Shown here piece by piece: positions 1 through 13,289 of a DNA stretch of 64,000 bases (position 1 is its first letter; every line of letters begins with the position of its first letter). Source of the stretch: Anthoceros angustus (Eukaryota > Plantae > Anthocerotophyta). A model generated the notes under the pieces. The model searched no databases and was not told where the DNA came from. It worked only from the letters and a program-made list of their open reading frames with translations. Where the stretch lies: contig VJWM01000209.1 in assembly GCA_010909165.1 (NCBI GenBank), positions 186,001-250,000 on the forward strand, given 5' to 3'. A program made the position numbers and the translations under genes.

Positions 1-169
1 TGGTCCGCCACCCGAGGGAGTTGCACCTGAGCTGGTGGACGCCTATGAGGGACTTCCCATCTATATCTAACCGAGACTACATCAAGAAGAAGTTCTCGAC
101 ATTTCTGACGCAGAATTACTATTGTCCGAGCCGGGTGAAGGAGGCCGACGGATGCGAGAGAGGGCAACT

Positions 170-490
170 ATCCTAGACACGCGCCCGGGTGTGGGAGGCA
201 TGGACCAAAGCGGTGGAGTTCGAGTCCAAGAGCTGCAGTATGGGGAATGGCCCACCGCCAACAAAGATGATGCAACCGATGCTCAAGAAGTACGGGGCGG
301 GTTGTAATCCTTTTAGGCGGTGGTGCACAGATTTCAACAAGGCATTTCGGAGAAGTGGAAGCGCATCCCGACAAAGGCAGCGAGAGTGGGGTCTCATACG
401 CGGCATTGAGAACATGGAATCATACATCGACACGGGAGGTTTAGTGCTCGATTACGAACTGGTTTTGCGAGGATGTGTGGAAATGTGAAT
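170..490 (+). pseudogene. Degenerate ORF fragment, possibly GCR1_C-like DNA-binding domain (3' end of a transposon gene)
   Basis: The peptide (V)WEAW...QPMLKKYGAG...RQREWGLIRGIE loosely resembles the GCR1_C pattern (W.EW..G...L.KKYG..WR...R..I...IE). This is a by-eye match only. Confidence 0.25.
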
Positions 491-925
491 GTTGCTTCTC
501 TCATGCATGGAAATCGGGCATGTGGGTTTGAGTGCAAAGGGAGCTGGTGCGGCGCATAGAGGACATGAAGAGGACAATTCTCGGCAACACGCTGGCGGGC
601 ACGAACCATGGGATGGGGTCCTGCTCACCACTTGGATGATGTGGAGGCCTTGGCAAACGTGGAGATGGTGCCATCAACCCGAGCAACAGAGCAACCGGCG
701 AGGATGTGTGGAAATGTGAATGTTGCTTCTCATGCATGGAAATCGGGGCATGTGGGTTGAGCAAAGGGAGTCAGCGCGACAGAGGACATGAAGAGGACAA
801 TTCTCCCAAGAACACTGGCGGGCACGAACCATGGGATGGGGTCCTGCTCACCACTTCCGGATGATGTGGAGGCCTTGGCAAACGTGGAGATGGTGCCATC
901 AACCTGTGCAACAGAGCAACCGGCG
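467..925. repeat. ~230 bp direct tandem duplication
   Basis: gcgaggatgtgtggaaatgtgaatgttgc starts at both 467 and 698. The second unit ends in gcgagggatgtg at ~923. Confidence 0.9.
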
Positions 926-2062
926 AGGGATGTGGAGCCGCACCGAATAACTCTCGAAGCGCTACAAGTCCCTGTAATGCTTTGTGTTACCCATTTGCAA
1001 ATGTGTTACCCATTTGCTAACGTGTGGATGTGTGCCACGCAGACTTTGGCGGAGGAGCGTCTAAACCCGCAAAGTAGTCTTATGTCATAGACACACTGTG
1101 AAGCGGAAACACAGGTACCGGGTTTGCTATTCGGAGTCCGGGGTGTCTCCTGTTTTGAGGCTTGCAAAGAGCCTGTTGTGGTGTCTGGGTTTTTCAGCTG
1201 CAAGGTGTGCCCCGTTTCATGGTTTGGCAGCGTTTTCGAATGGATGGACTAAGCCTGGAAGGGATGTCTTTTTTCTGCTGACCAGGGAGTCCGGAAGAAG
1301 GGAGGAACAGCACGGAGGATGGAACAGCCGTCAAAGCGGGCGGAGGGGAAGGCGGCGGAGGGGAACGGGCGGAAGCATGCTCCAGATGTCGTCACGACTC
1401 GTTATGTTTTGGGTTAGGTGATTCTCTTGAATTTGGGTCTAAACGGGCATTTATCTCGGACTTATTTTAAGGTGAGATAACCCCATTTAACAATGCACGG
1501 ATCTTGCTTGGCCCGAGTTCCATGGGCCAACAGGACCTAATTAGAAGGTACGCTTTGTTGCTGGCTAAGATAAACCCGTATTAACTCTTGTGGATCGTAC
1601 AACCCTAATTGTAGCGAGGGTGCACGGCTTTATGCCACCGCTTAGGGCTGCATATTTTGAAATTTGAAATTTGAAATTTCCTATTGCAAGCTTGCTTGAT
1701 CCTGGCATTTCATACCGAAAGCGCGGAAATGTCCGCCGTCTTGCCCAATGAAGTGCCTCCACATCCATCGCGCTATTGGCCATGCTCCTAGGTATTTTGA
1801 ACCGTCGTTCGTGCAAAACGCCAATTACACATCACCGTAAACTAATTGGGATAAGGGTTGAACTTGCCCATGATTGGGCAATCCATTGTTGTCTGAATTT
1901 TTGATAGCAATGGACGCTATTGGCTAGGAGGCACCGAACGTAGGTACGCCAACCCACGCCATCGCGCTGACCGGACGGGCGCCAACCATGCATGGACGGA
2001 CGGGAGGATGGGGACGTCCGGTCGGATAAACCGCCCGACCTTTTGGCACGGAATGCCACGTC

Positions 2063-2300
2063 ATGCCCGAACCGCACGGACACCAACAGCACATGACACG
2101 TGTAGGCAAAAGCGCGATATGCGCTTTGTCATATGCGCTTGTATCCAACGTGGAAGATGAGGTGGTCGCTTATGTGTCCTACAAGGCACCAGATGGAAAG
2201 AGAGAGCGTGTGTATTTTGACATATTCCAGACGATGAACGGGACACCGGAGACCCAAAGAACCGCCACCACTTTGGTCATCGTCAACCTCAATGAAAGTA
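2063..2300 (+). pseudogene. hAT-type (ZNF862/Tip-like) transposase fragment
   Basis: VSNVEDEVVAYVSYKAPDGKRERVYFDIFQTMNGTPE resembles the D.S..E.L..YVRY...G...E.F......GTAE block after the first catalytic Asp. The Asp itself is degenerate. Confidence 0.4.
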
Positions 2301-2423
2301 TTAAGAAACGCTTTGTGACGGGTTCATTTTCACGCATAATTACAGACATGGGTATTTTCTGCCATGCCATTTAGTGCCCGGGTCTGCCAGAATCAATTTC
2401 GCTATTCTCATGCCGTTAAGGGG

Positions 2424-5400
2424 GCAATGTTTTGTAGTAGTGTAGTCACCACTCATTCTCCTCTCCGTCCACAATCCATTCTCATCCTTCTTTTTCGGCA
2501 CTGTCAGAAACTGGCCCTCATGAAGTTAGATCGTCGAATCAGCCCTAGCTTGAGAAGCTCTTGGCATCGATTCTCAACCAAATCCCACTCGCCGCTGAGC
2601 CTCGTGCTTCCCTCGCGAACACCGTTCATCCGTGGTCCTATGTGGAACTTCCCTTGGTGTACTTCCCCATCTCCGCAAGCGTGAAAGCAAACACATGTCG
2701 CGATGCCTCCAACAACTCCTTTAGCCGACGCTGCTGATTGCTCTTCAACTCGACGCCTTAACCACTCATGTGGTTGTGGCTCGGGATGGCTTGCACGCCT
2801 CTACGTGCTCGCCTCCTTGCCTCCAAACTCGCCTTCTCCGCTGAGATGCGAGTGCCGAATGTCCTTCACCCACCGAACCCGCCGCTCAACCCCGCCTTCT
2901 TCCTCGTTTCGGTTGGTAAGCGACCCAAATACTAAACAACCGTGTCATCATGTTCACGCCAAATGCTTGCTCAAGCAATCGACACCGCTCCTTCCTGGCC
3001 ACTCCCTCTTCTGGCCCTCAAGATCAAATCCCATGGCCAACTCCCTCTGTGGTCATGGCCTCCCAAGGCCTCGCCATGTCTCCACCACAACGCCGGGCCA
3101 TGGTTCCAAGGCGAAGACTTGGACTTAGACACAAAGGTTGGCCAAGCCGCCATGGGGTGTCCAGCGTGTTCGTGGAAGTGCGGCAGCCTTGTCGGCCTTG
3201 ATGACTTGTTGGGCATGCCTTCCCGATGCTAGCACATCCTTGACAACATGATTAGGTCGCTTGGTGAACGACCAAGACACTTCAAATGTTCCAAGGGAGC
3301 AAGGTTAGTCCACATGGACCTCAACCTATGAGCCCTCGAACCAAATTGAGTCGCATCCAATAGAAGCTCCCGACCCAACACTCGGATCGTGGCAAAGTCC
3401 TCCCGAACTTGCTTCTTCACGCTCATGCATGCCGGCACATTCTCCAACATGTATCCACAAGGCCTTTCTTGCCCTTTCTCGGATCAAGCGCAAGATCCTC
3501 ATCGTCATATTCTCACGTCATATGTAGGCACGTTTTGTAGTAGTGTAGTCACCACTCATTCTCCTCTCCGTCCACAATCCATTCTCATCCTTCTTTTTGA
3601 GCATCGCATTGCGTCTGTGATTAGATCGTCGAATCAGCCCTAGCTTGAGAAGCTCTTGGCATCGATTCTCAACCAAATCCCACTCGGCCTTCTTGAGATG
3701 CCTCTGCGGAACCTTTGGTTCATCCGTGGTCGATTCTATGTGGAACTTCCCTTTGGTGTACTTCCCCATCTCATAGCGTGAAAGCAAACACATGTCGCGA
3801 TGCCTCCAACAACTCCTTTAGGCGGTTGGTTGCTCTTCAACTCGGCGCTGTTAACCACTCATGTGGTTGTGGCTCGATGGCTTGCGCTTCCTCTCGTGCT
3901 CGCTCTCCTTGCCCTCAAACTCGCCTTCTCCTGCTGAGATGCGAGTGCCGAATGTCCTTCACCCACCGAACCCGCCGCTCAACCCCGCCTTCTTGGTTTT
4001 GAAGTTGGTAGCGACTCCGGCGCTAAACAACGGTCATCATGTTCACGTCAAATGCTTGCCCAAGCAATCGACACCGTTCCTTCTCGGTCACTCCGGTGTC
4101 TTCGGCTCGGCATCAAATCCATGGCCAACTCCTCTCTGTGGTGTTGGCTCTCCCAAAACCTCGCCATGTCTCCACCACAACGCCGGGCCATGGTTCTGAG
4201 GCGTAAGACTTGGACTTAGACACAAAGGTTGGCCAAGCCGCCATGGGGTGTCCAGCGTGTTCACAGAAGTGCGGCTTGTCGGGTCTTGATGACTTGTTGG
4301 GCATGCCTTCCGATGCTAGCACATCCTTGACAACATGATTAGGTCGCTTGGTGAGCGACCTCGCACACTTCAAATGTTCCAAGGGAGCAAGGTTAGTCCA
4401 CATGGACCTCAACCTATGAGCCCTCGAACCAAATTGAGTCGCATCCAATAGAAGCTCCCGACCCAACACTCGGATCGTGGCAAAGTCCTCCCGAACTTGC
4501 TTCTTCACGCTCATGCATGCCGGCACATTCTCCAACATGTATCCACAAGGCCTTTCTTGCCCTTTCTCGGATCAAGCGCAAGATCCTCATCGTCATAGAA
4601 CAATGTCGTGGATCCTTGACCTTGACCCTTGCCTCGCAGAGGATAGTCTCGACACTCCCAACCCGCGATGACAAGGTCCACCCTTGCCCAAGCAATCGAC
4701 ACTGCCTTCCTGGCCACTCCCTGTCTCGTGGCTTGATCAAATCCCATGGCCAACTCCCTCTCGTGGCTGTTGGCTCCCAAGGCCTCGCCATGTCTCCACC
4801 ACAACGCCGGGCCATGGTTCCAAGGCGTAAGACTTGGACTTAGACACAAAGGTTGCCATGGGGTGTCCAGCGTGTTCATGTGGAAGTGCGGCCTTGTCGG
4901 CCTTGATGACTTGTTGGGCATGCCTTCCCGATGCTAGCACATCCTTGACAACATGATTAGGTCGCTTGGTGAACGACCAAGACACTTCAAATGTTCCAAG
5001 GAGCAAGGTTAGTCCACATGGACCTCAACCTATGAGCCCTCGAACCAAATTGAGTCGCATCCAATAGAAGCTCCCGACCCAACACTCGGATCGTGGCAAA
5101 GTCCTCCCGAACTTGCTTCTTCACGCCATGCATGCCGGCACATTCTCCAACATGTATCCACAAGGCCTTTCTTGCCCTTTCTCGATCAAGCGCAAGATCC
5201 TCATCGTCATAGAACAATGCTGCTCGTGATCCTTGACCTTGACCCTTGCCTCGCAGAGGATAGTCCTTGACACTCCCAACCCGCGATGACAAGGTCCACC
5301 GCTGCCCAAGACAACTCAAATGGGACAACCCTATCATGCGAACATCCATCCAGCGCCTGTAACCCTTCACCGACTCCCACGCCGAGGTTAGGTACTCCCC

Positions 5401-5760
5401 ATCAAGTCTCTTACGCTCGTGACACAATCCTTGCTTTTGGATCCGGGTCACAATGCACGATCTTCGCACTTTGATGCCACACTTTAGCACCGCCCAAGCC
5501 GATCGATGCCTCCAAAGAGTTCCACGAGCACTATGCCGCTTTTCCCGAGGTCGCCATGTGATGACCGGGTGTTTAGGTCACAAACAGCTCAACCCTAGGC
5601 AAGAACTTAGCAGTAGCCCTCATAGGACATCGGGTCCTCTTGCACCATCCTCCAGCCTTTTGCACGGCTCATTGCCATACCACCTCCGTCCGGCTGACTT
5701 GAAGAACCTCCTCCGAGGGTGGTTGCAACCCTAGCTTATCTTCCTCCTCCTCATCAAAAT
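2424..5760 (-). mobile_element. Ty3/gypsy pol remnant: linker - C5 DNA methyltransferase - start of RT, internally tandem-duplicated
   Basis: MTase motifs are followed on the same strand by gypsy RT N-terminal motifs (ELLKLGLIRRS...KKKDENGLWTERRMSGDY) at ~3530-3800 and again at ~2424-2700. Confidence 0.85.
4035..5540 (-). pseudogene. DNMT3-like C5 cytosine methyltransferase domain in retrotransposon pol (frameshifted; motifs IV-X duplicated)
   Basis: Motifs in order: I GIVLVELFGGI (5537-5505), II VHCDPDPKAR (~5450), IV VDLVIAGWECQGL (5299-5261), VI YMLENVP (~5150), VIII LLLDATQFGSRAHRLRSMWTNL (~5070-5010), IX ERELAMGF (~4760), X RCRLLGQAFDV (4076-4040). A further partial copy lies at 2950-3510. 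Confidence 0.85.
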
Positions 5761-5999
5761 CCTCCATCAGGTCAGTTGCGGTTGTTAGACACACGCCAAG
5801 AGGTTCAAGCACGTATGGCGTTGTGGTAGGTTAGCCCCGGTCACCCGGAGCTCGCCTCGGTGGCCACACTTATCCCACGGTCGTTGAATACGTAGGTTCG
5901 ATCCCAAGAGATTTGGTTCGGATTGTTTCAGTCGCCTCCTCTCGCTCTCATCCTCCCGCCCCGGCCTACTTGTCCTCGCCAGGCATAAAGGTGTTGTGC

Positions 6000-6710
6000 T
6001 TTTGGGTTATTCGCCCACGCCGCCCACGCCTTCCGTGATTCCTTTCTCAACACCTCCTATGCCACTACAACGATCAATTCACTCTACAACGACACACCCA
6101 TAACCAACCTCTTCACCATTCTCAAAAGAAACATAGCTCACGACAATCCCATTCAAGCTCACTTCATTCGATCCCCAAATCTAACTCTACTCGAACGTCG
6201 GTTTGCACGCCTCCCTTGCGCACAACCTGGGTGGCGACTAGCCGGGTATTTCTCTCCGATTGCGGCACGAACACCGCGAGCGTAGTCGAGCGCCACCCCG
6301 CAGGGCCACCCAGAACACAAAGCACATCCAACAACAATCTTTCACGAGAGGAGGAGCTGCGTGAGCGAACCCACCGCGAGGGCCTCCGATCAACCTCACC
6401 TTCGCCTTCTCGCCGCTTGGCGACGGACAATCACGACACACACAAAGGGATGCGCCGAGAGGCGAAGAATGCATGACAAAGCAAGGTCCGTGTTTATTCA
6501 TTCTTCCACCCTCCCTTTTATAGGTGGGGAGTCGACTAGTCACTCGGGTTTAATGCTAGGCGACTTGCCAAGTCCAACAATAGGACTCTTGTCCCCCTCA
6601 GTGTCCTCTCACATTCACCTTGACCTAATATCCTATCTCTCATACCGCCGCCACTCTTAAATACTCACACTTCCCAAGGTGTGCACCACTTGGGACAAAA
6701 CGCCCCCTCG
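6000..6710 (-). mobile_element. Putative LTR with upstream polypurine tract
   Basis: On the minus strand GAGGGGGCGTTT (6710-6698) is followed by TGTCCC at 6697, and a TATA box CCTATAAAAGGGAGG lies at ~6520. The 3' boundary is uncertain and no second LTR was found. Confidence 0.5.
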
Positions 6711-6719
6711 AAAAGGTCC

Positions 6720-9250
6720 CACCGACGCCCCTCACGCTTTTTGTTCGCCTCAGCCTTCAATGTCTTCCCTCGATGGGTCGCTTAGCCTTGCCACCTCCGT
6801 GGAGTCTTCAGTGACTATGCCTGTAGCACCGCCACATCGCCCCTCACTGGTAGGTCTTCCACGTGGTAGGAGGTTCCATTCCTCCTACTGCTCATCCTCG
6901 TGAGGTTCCTCCCCACTCTCGCCTTCTTGGTAGGCGGTTCATCCCCTCCCTCGGATCTTGCTATGGGGTTCCTTCCCTCACACTGGTTTCGCCGGAGGTA
7001 CCCTTCCTTCCGGGGTCACCTCCTCCTCAGTTCCTTCCCGAGTAGGAACTTTGGTAGGTACCATCCTACCATCCGGCTCTTCCTCCCGCTTGATAGCTCC
7101 ACCGTCTCGGAGGTTCCCATCGGCCGTAGGTGCTTCTTGACTCGCTTCGGCTATGTCTAGCACCGCCTTTCCTTGTACCAACTCAAAGTTGTGGTCGCAT
7201 ATTCCACTTGGTGTCGAATGGAGGTCCGCTTTCTTCGTCTTCCTCACAGGCGTTCCTCAATCGCTTCTAGGAGGTTGTTGTAGTAGGTCGCCACCCTACC
7301 ACTCTCCTTCTTTGTGCGCCATGATGCGGACCCTTAGTGGGATGACGTCCCACCCGGCCCCATTTGTCACTCCTACCAATGCGGCCTCTTTCTCCACTAC
7401 GCTCTCCAACCTGTGGCAAGCCTCCCAATCTCCTTATCTTTCTCCATGGCTTCCATTGCCATGTGTTTCACTATGGCGAGCCGCCGCTCCTCGAATGACC
7501 AAGACCCTCCAAAGATCGTTGGGCCATCAAAACTTCCTTCCGTTCCTTGCCTCCGCTCATAGGCGTGGGTAAGGTCGGCCTTCTTTCTTGTTGCTCCAAA
7601 AGTTCTCTCACACGAAGCTCCTCTTTGTGACCCTTAGTCACATTGTCCCATCCTTGTCGCTCTTCACCAAGTCGATTTTTTCCTTGTAATGCTCCTTCCG
7701 TTGCTCCATGGCAACTAACTTCTTCGTAGGAGGTCCTTCTCGTCTTCAAGGTCTCACTGGCCTTGCTACCGCCTCCTCCGGCTCGATGTGTCCTACCCTT
7801 GCTAGGTAGCTTCCAACTTCCTTCCGCCTCCTTCCCAGCTTCCAACTCGCCCTCTTGGCTGATTTTGCCTCTGTCCTAAGACACGGTCAATCATTTCCCA
7901 CACATTCACCAACTTGGTGGTCATCTGTCGCTCTTTGGCGGATCTAGCACGGAGTGTTGCTTCTGAGGTGGTTTTGAGCTCCTCTCAATTTCTTCTCATC
8001 CTCCAGCCCTTTCGAGGTCTCAAGTTCAGACGAACTCGGCCACCTCCCGACACGTCCACTAGGGCGTCCATAGATCCTGCGCCCACTTCCTCACCTCAAG
8101 AACTACCCTTTGTAGGATGCCGCCGTTCTCAAACACTTCCCATCGCCTCCTCTGGTGCGTAGGTCACCAACGCCTCGGCGTTCTTCTCTCACACGCCTCC
8201 ATCTCAAGTCTGTTACTCTTCGGGAGGTAAAGTTCCTACCGTAGGTCCTCCATCCTTCCTGAGTCCTACCGTAGGAGGCTCATTCCCTGGCACGGGTGTT
8301 GTCGGCCTACCAATCCTTAACCCTCTGGTAGGTGGTCTCGTATCCTTTCCTCCTTCCACCGTAGGAGGTTCTTCTATGGCCTCTTTCCCTTTCTCTTGTT
8401 GGGTTCCTGATCCTAAGGCCTCATGTTGGTTCGGGCGGCTCTTGCCCAGGGTCTCGCCTGCTCTTCATCCTCTGGGGCCAGTGATGGCTCTCCTTCCACC
8501 ACCCTCACCAGTGTAGCTTCTATCTTGGCTTCTTCCAGCTCGTCAGCTGTAAGAACCTCCTCCCTCTGATATAGGTGTACGAGGAAGGTAGAGACAAAGC
8601 TGATTCTTGCTCCCGCCATCACCAAATGGTTCCGGTGCGCAACCGCCTGTTCATACAGAATGGTGGCCCAATCCACTATCTTTCCCTGGGACATCTCATA
8701 TATCATCATTAAATGGGAATTCTCAGGTACGTCTTCCTTGCTGCGCACGTTAGTCCCAGCCATATCTTGGCGAATAGATTCCACTTCCGCTCCTTGAACA
8801 GAGAGATCCTCCAGCCATTGCCTTGCGACCATACTTCCTCCTTTGGTCGAGGAACATGCTCATAACCTCCTCCGGATCCGATTCTTGGAGAATCGAATCA
8901 CGGAATGATCCCCTTGTGGGCTTCCGATCAACACGATCCCGGAAATGTCGTACCTTCCACATCCTGTGATGACTTTGACCGTCAGATCCTCCGAATTGGC
9001 CGCCTTGGTCACTCTCATTCGTCACAAGACACTCGAACCAAGGCAGGCTGCAAAGTGCCAGGGCACCAAATACAGCCATTCCATCTTCATCTCGGCGATA
9101 GCGCCAACGCCTCAAATCTCGAGGTGAAATTGGAGCGGCCTACACTCGAACTCGGAATTGGGTGTTTCTTCCTTTTCCCTTGTGGGCGGTGTGGCGGAGG
9201 TTTCCTCCCGTGATCCCCGGCCCGTCCTCACTATCTTCACCATCCGCATG
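6720..9250 (-). pseudogene. Degenerate retrotransposon accessory ORF (3' extra ORF)
   Basis: Frameshifted ORF containing IVDWATILYEQ...ISFVSTFLVHLYQRE followed by E/R-rich coiled-coil sequence. It ends just before the PPT/LTR. Confidence 0.5.
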
Positions 9251-10049
9251 GGGAGCACACACAAGGATAGCAAAATTGGAGAGTTTGGAGTAATCTATCG
9301 TGCTAAGAGAGTGGAGAGCAAAGAGGTGGTGGTTTGGGTGAGACAGCAGCAAGGGAAGTCTTCCCGCCTCCTCGGCTGGGCCTCAACGCAACCACTAAGA
9401 GGTGACCTTGGCCCCTTCAATCTCCCTCCAAAGAACTTCTCCACTTTACGCTGCTTTGACGCCGGTAGCCTTCGCAAGCTCTTCTCCAGCGCCTCCAACA
9501 TTGCCCCTTGCTCGAGCACCTCCACTGGCCGCCTTGCCGGCTTGCCTCTGTGTTCAAGGCCTCCAAATGCCAATCGATCAAGACGCCACCGCCGCCTCCT
9601 TCGAGCGCAACTCCACTTACTCCCCGCCGCCCGCTGTGTTTCGCCAAAACGCCTGCTCAAACCCCTCTAACCAGATTTGCGTGTACATGCAACCGCTTTA
9701 ATGCGCTCCTCCGATGGCCATGTGTCCGGTCCAAAACTCCTGCAGCTACTTTCTATTTACAACTTAACTAGCCCTATTTGGCATATATAGCCATGCGTAA
9801 CCTAAATACTTCAAGGCCAAGGAACTTTATCCCGAATATTCTTACTCCCATGGTCCAAGGAACTTTATGGAACCTATCATGCCTATAGATGCTCCTATCT
9901 ACTCCTACTTCCTACCGGATCGAAGCCGAGCTCGGTTAAGGCCGAACTTCCCTGACGTCCTACCGCCTTCCCACCTTTCTATCGACCTACCTACCACCAC
10001 GAACACCCATCCTGCAGCGTCGGTCTCTCACGCGCGTCTTGGGTGACCA

Positions 10050-11553
10050 AAATTCTCCATGTTCCCGCGTGTTCTTCACCACCCCCAAACACTAGGTAGC
10101 GGCCTGCCGAGGTTCTCATGATTTTGCCATGCACTGCAGAGGGATGTGGGCAATCCGTTCACCTGCTTTTGCTCCAGCTTCTCAAACTGATCGATAGTAG
10201 ACCTGCTCAATCCACAAATCCACCATGACTCAGTGTTTGTACAAAGCGTCCGCCTCCCAAAGAAGACATCAAAAGTGTCTCGGTGACCAAGCGATGTACC
10301 TCGACAAAGGTGAAGTCTCTGTTTGGTTTGAATGAAACCTTCAGCTTGTACCTTGTCACCCCAACACATGCTCCGTGGTCCCAACAAGTGCCCGATCTTC
10401 CACTTGGTTTCCTTCAACCTTTCTTGGTGGAGACCCAACGCCTTCACTCTTCTTCCAACGATCACCGGCCGTGCTCCTGTCAATCAATCCTTGGTGCGAA
10501 TCCATTGATTTCAATGTGCCTCTCGATTGTTGACCAAAGCCACTCCCACTGCAAAGATTCCGCTTCCACGAGATGCTTGGCCCGAGGTCAAGAATGACAT
10601 CATTGCCACTGTTGTAGCACATTGTCGACACTTGCTTCGCCTTCAAGGGTTGTCAACATCCGCCGAGTCAAACCCCCGACTTCCTTCACGCCAACCCCAT
10701 GTCTTGTAGGTCAAACATGGCATCTCCAAGCTTTTGTGCCATCGCCTCACACAACTGCATGGGTTTCTCCACATCGCCCACTGACTTTGATGTTGCTCCC
10801 ACGATGTTATCTGTGCAATGGCTCAAACGACTTTGGCATCTCTAAGACAGGTCTCTGGAAGAGGATCCCAAGCTTCCTTCCGTGTCTTCCGTGACCGGTG
10901 TCAAGACATCCTCTTCTTCCTCCGAGCTATCTTCTCTCGTAGCCAGAGGTTTCTTCCCTTGCCCTTGGATCACAGTCCCGCCATGTATCCAAGCTTGTGC
11001 TCATCTTCTTCGCCCTCCGATGATGAACCGCTTCCTTGATCTTCGCCCGCACCAACTTCTCCAGCTTTGCAAGGCGTGCCACGTAGGCTCCATCATCTTT
11101 GATCCTTCCCGCTTTTGTCCACGGACTTCGCCGGCCTCCTCCACGCCTTTGCTCTTCACCGATTTTGTGGATGAGGTTGACGCAGATGCATTGGCCGGGT
11201 TGCCGATAACCCGTAGGCCGCAATTCCGGATGCTTCTCCCAACATGCCGCTTCATTGTGCCTGCCTCCCACACCTAGGGCATGGCTCCTCACCCTTGACT
11301 CCTCCGAATGCATGCTCGCACTCATGAGGGGAATGGTCCGCCCCTCGGCACCTCACGCAGGGCTCGCCACTTGTGTGGGCTGGCTTGTCTCGCCGAGCTC
11401 CTCCACTGACCTCCGCTTCATGTCGCCCACCACTCCTACTTGTGCCGGAGTAATCACTTGCAAAGACGAGAAAGTGTCACGGGCCCTATCTTGTCACCCA
11501 TCTCGACACTTCCTTGAGGGTGTAGTGTTGCCCCTTCGGCTGCCGTGCATCAT
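10050..11553 (-). mobile_element. Gypsy gag-protease remnant
   Basis: Protease-like LID(T)GARPVIVG (~10480) and FDVFFGR (~10270), with a Cys/His knuckle-like remnant at ~10740. The gag 5' part probably continues at 23858-24000, beyond the inserted recombinase element. Confidence 0.6.
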
Positions 11554-13289
11554 GTAAAGTCGCGTTCTGGGCCCTGGGGCCTCGGCCCAAATTGGTTTTT
11601 TGGTCTACAGAGTAAAATTTTAGAGAGAGAAAATTGACCTTTTGGTCATTGTTTTACCCAGAGTAAAATTCATTACTGATAGTAGAAAATCATCTACCAT
11701 CAAGGTACAAAACAACGAACCATACAAGTGGGTAAAATCATCTACCATCAAGGTAGAAAATAGAGCACTAGAGTAGAAAACATGACGACCAAGTGAATAC
11801 CACCGGGTCTAGAAGCTCATTCTAGAAATCCCACCAAAATCGCTAATCGACAAAAACATTTTCTGTTAAATAATATTCATGCGGATCCGGGATATACAAA
11901 ACCAACAAAGAAACCTTTTCTTTGCGAGTTTCTGTATATCCGTAATGGCATGAAATACAAATTCAACTAATGAAGAGTAAATACCGATAGATTGAACTCG
12001 CTAGATTGAACTCTACTTCAACAACAATGGAACCTACAAAACAAACAAACAAAGACACAAACCGTGATTAGGTGATACTAGAAAACACTGGAAATAATCA
12101 TAGCAAATACTTAGGAAATGATACTCACCTTATTTAGGAAATTGACGTAATTATCTGATTGAAAACGTAATTTTCACGACCACTTGGCTTGATTGGCGGT
12201 ACAAAGATCATTCTTGGCAACCAATTGATGAAGCGAGGACTTGGACGAAATTGTCCTTCGCAAGGTGACAACCTAATAAAATACAACCATTGATTTTCAA
12301 TGTACTGATTAATAAAGAGCATAAGAAAACTTACCAATCGACGGATTTTCGCAGAGAGCGTGCAAATATCTCGAGACACATTCTTCTCGCTCGTTCTCTT
12401 TTCCACTGCAGTCTTGAACCTCTCTTGCCGCCTATCTGCCGCTTTGATGCTTAATGTGCTCTTGTCTCCTCTCCACATTTCTCCGCCTGGATCTCAAGGG
12501 CTTTCTCTCTTTGCTTAGAGACTCGTAATTCAACCGCTACGCCTGTCTCTCTATAAGAGCCTCCAAATCCTTTTGTCGAAACTCCAATTCTGCTTCCTAT
12601 CATACTCCACCTCATTCCGTAATCTCAAGCCACCGCTCAAAGCCACTTCCATTTCCATTTGCAGTCACAGGCTGCAATACAATATCCAGAGGTGCTACCA
12701 CAGCCACATTTCTGTCCTGGTTAACTTCAGATGACTGATCACACTCACTATGCACAATGCCCTCCAACAGAGGGACCAGTGCATCAACTTCCCTCAGAGC
12801 TGTATCAATGTTGAAATGAGGGACAGTAAGGCTGCTTCCACTAGTCGCAGGATTCACAACCTGCCAAGATAAACATAATCAGGAAACTCCAAAAGAAGTG
12901 AAAACAAACAAACAGACAAAGAATCAACCTTGTCAACATATGGAATTTCACTAGAACACCCAGTTGGTCTCATATCCATCAGATGCCTTGGCCACGCTTT
13001 CGGGAGGTATGTTTGCAACCAAAAACACGCCTCCCACGCCCATAACAGAGACCGATGATTAAACAGATCCAACATGGCGACGCAACCAAGGAACGACAAT
13101 ACCAACTCGAACTTGACAAAGTGGACCACATGGTGCGAAAACTCGTTCGGTCCGACATTGTTCAAAGGTCCGCTTTCATGATGAACAGAGTTGCTACGAG
13201 ACCTAACACACAAAACAAGTCGACAGGATTAGTCAAAACAAGTCCCTACAAACTTGCAACAAATCTCAAACACTTACATTGTTAACTGT

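Noticed and set aside
1430-1540. Short inverted repeats (TTATCTC/GAGATAA; TTGGCCC/GGGCCAA)
   Set aside because: They are too short to assign, and no partner terminus was found.
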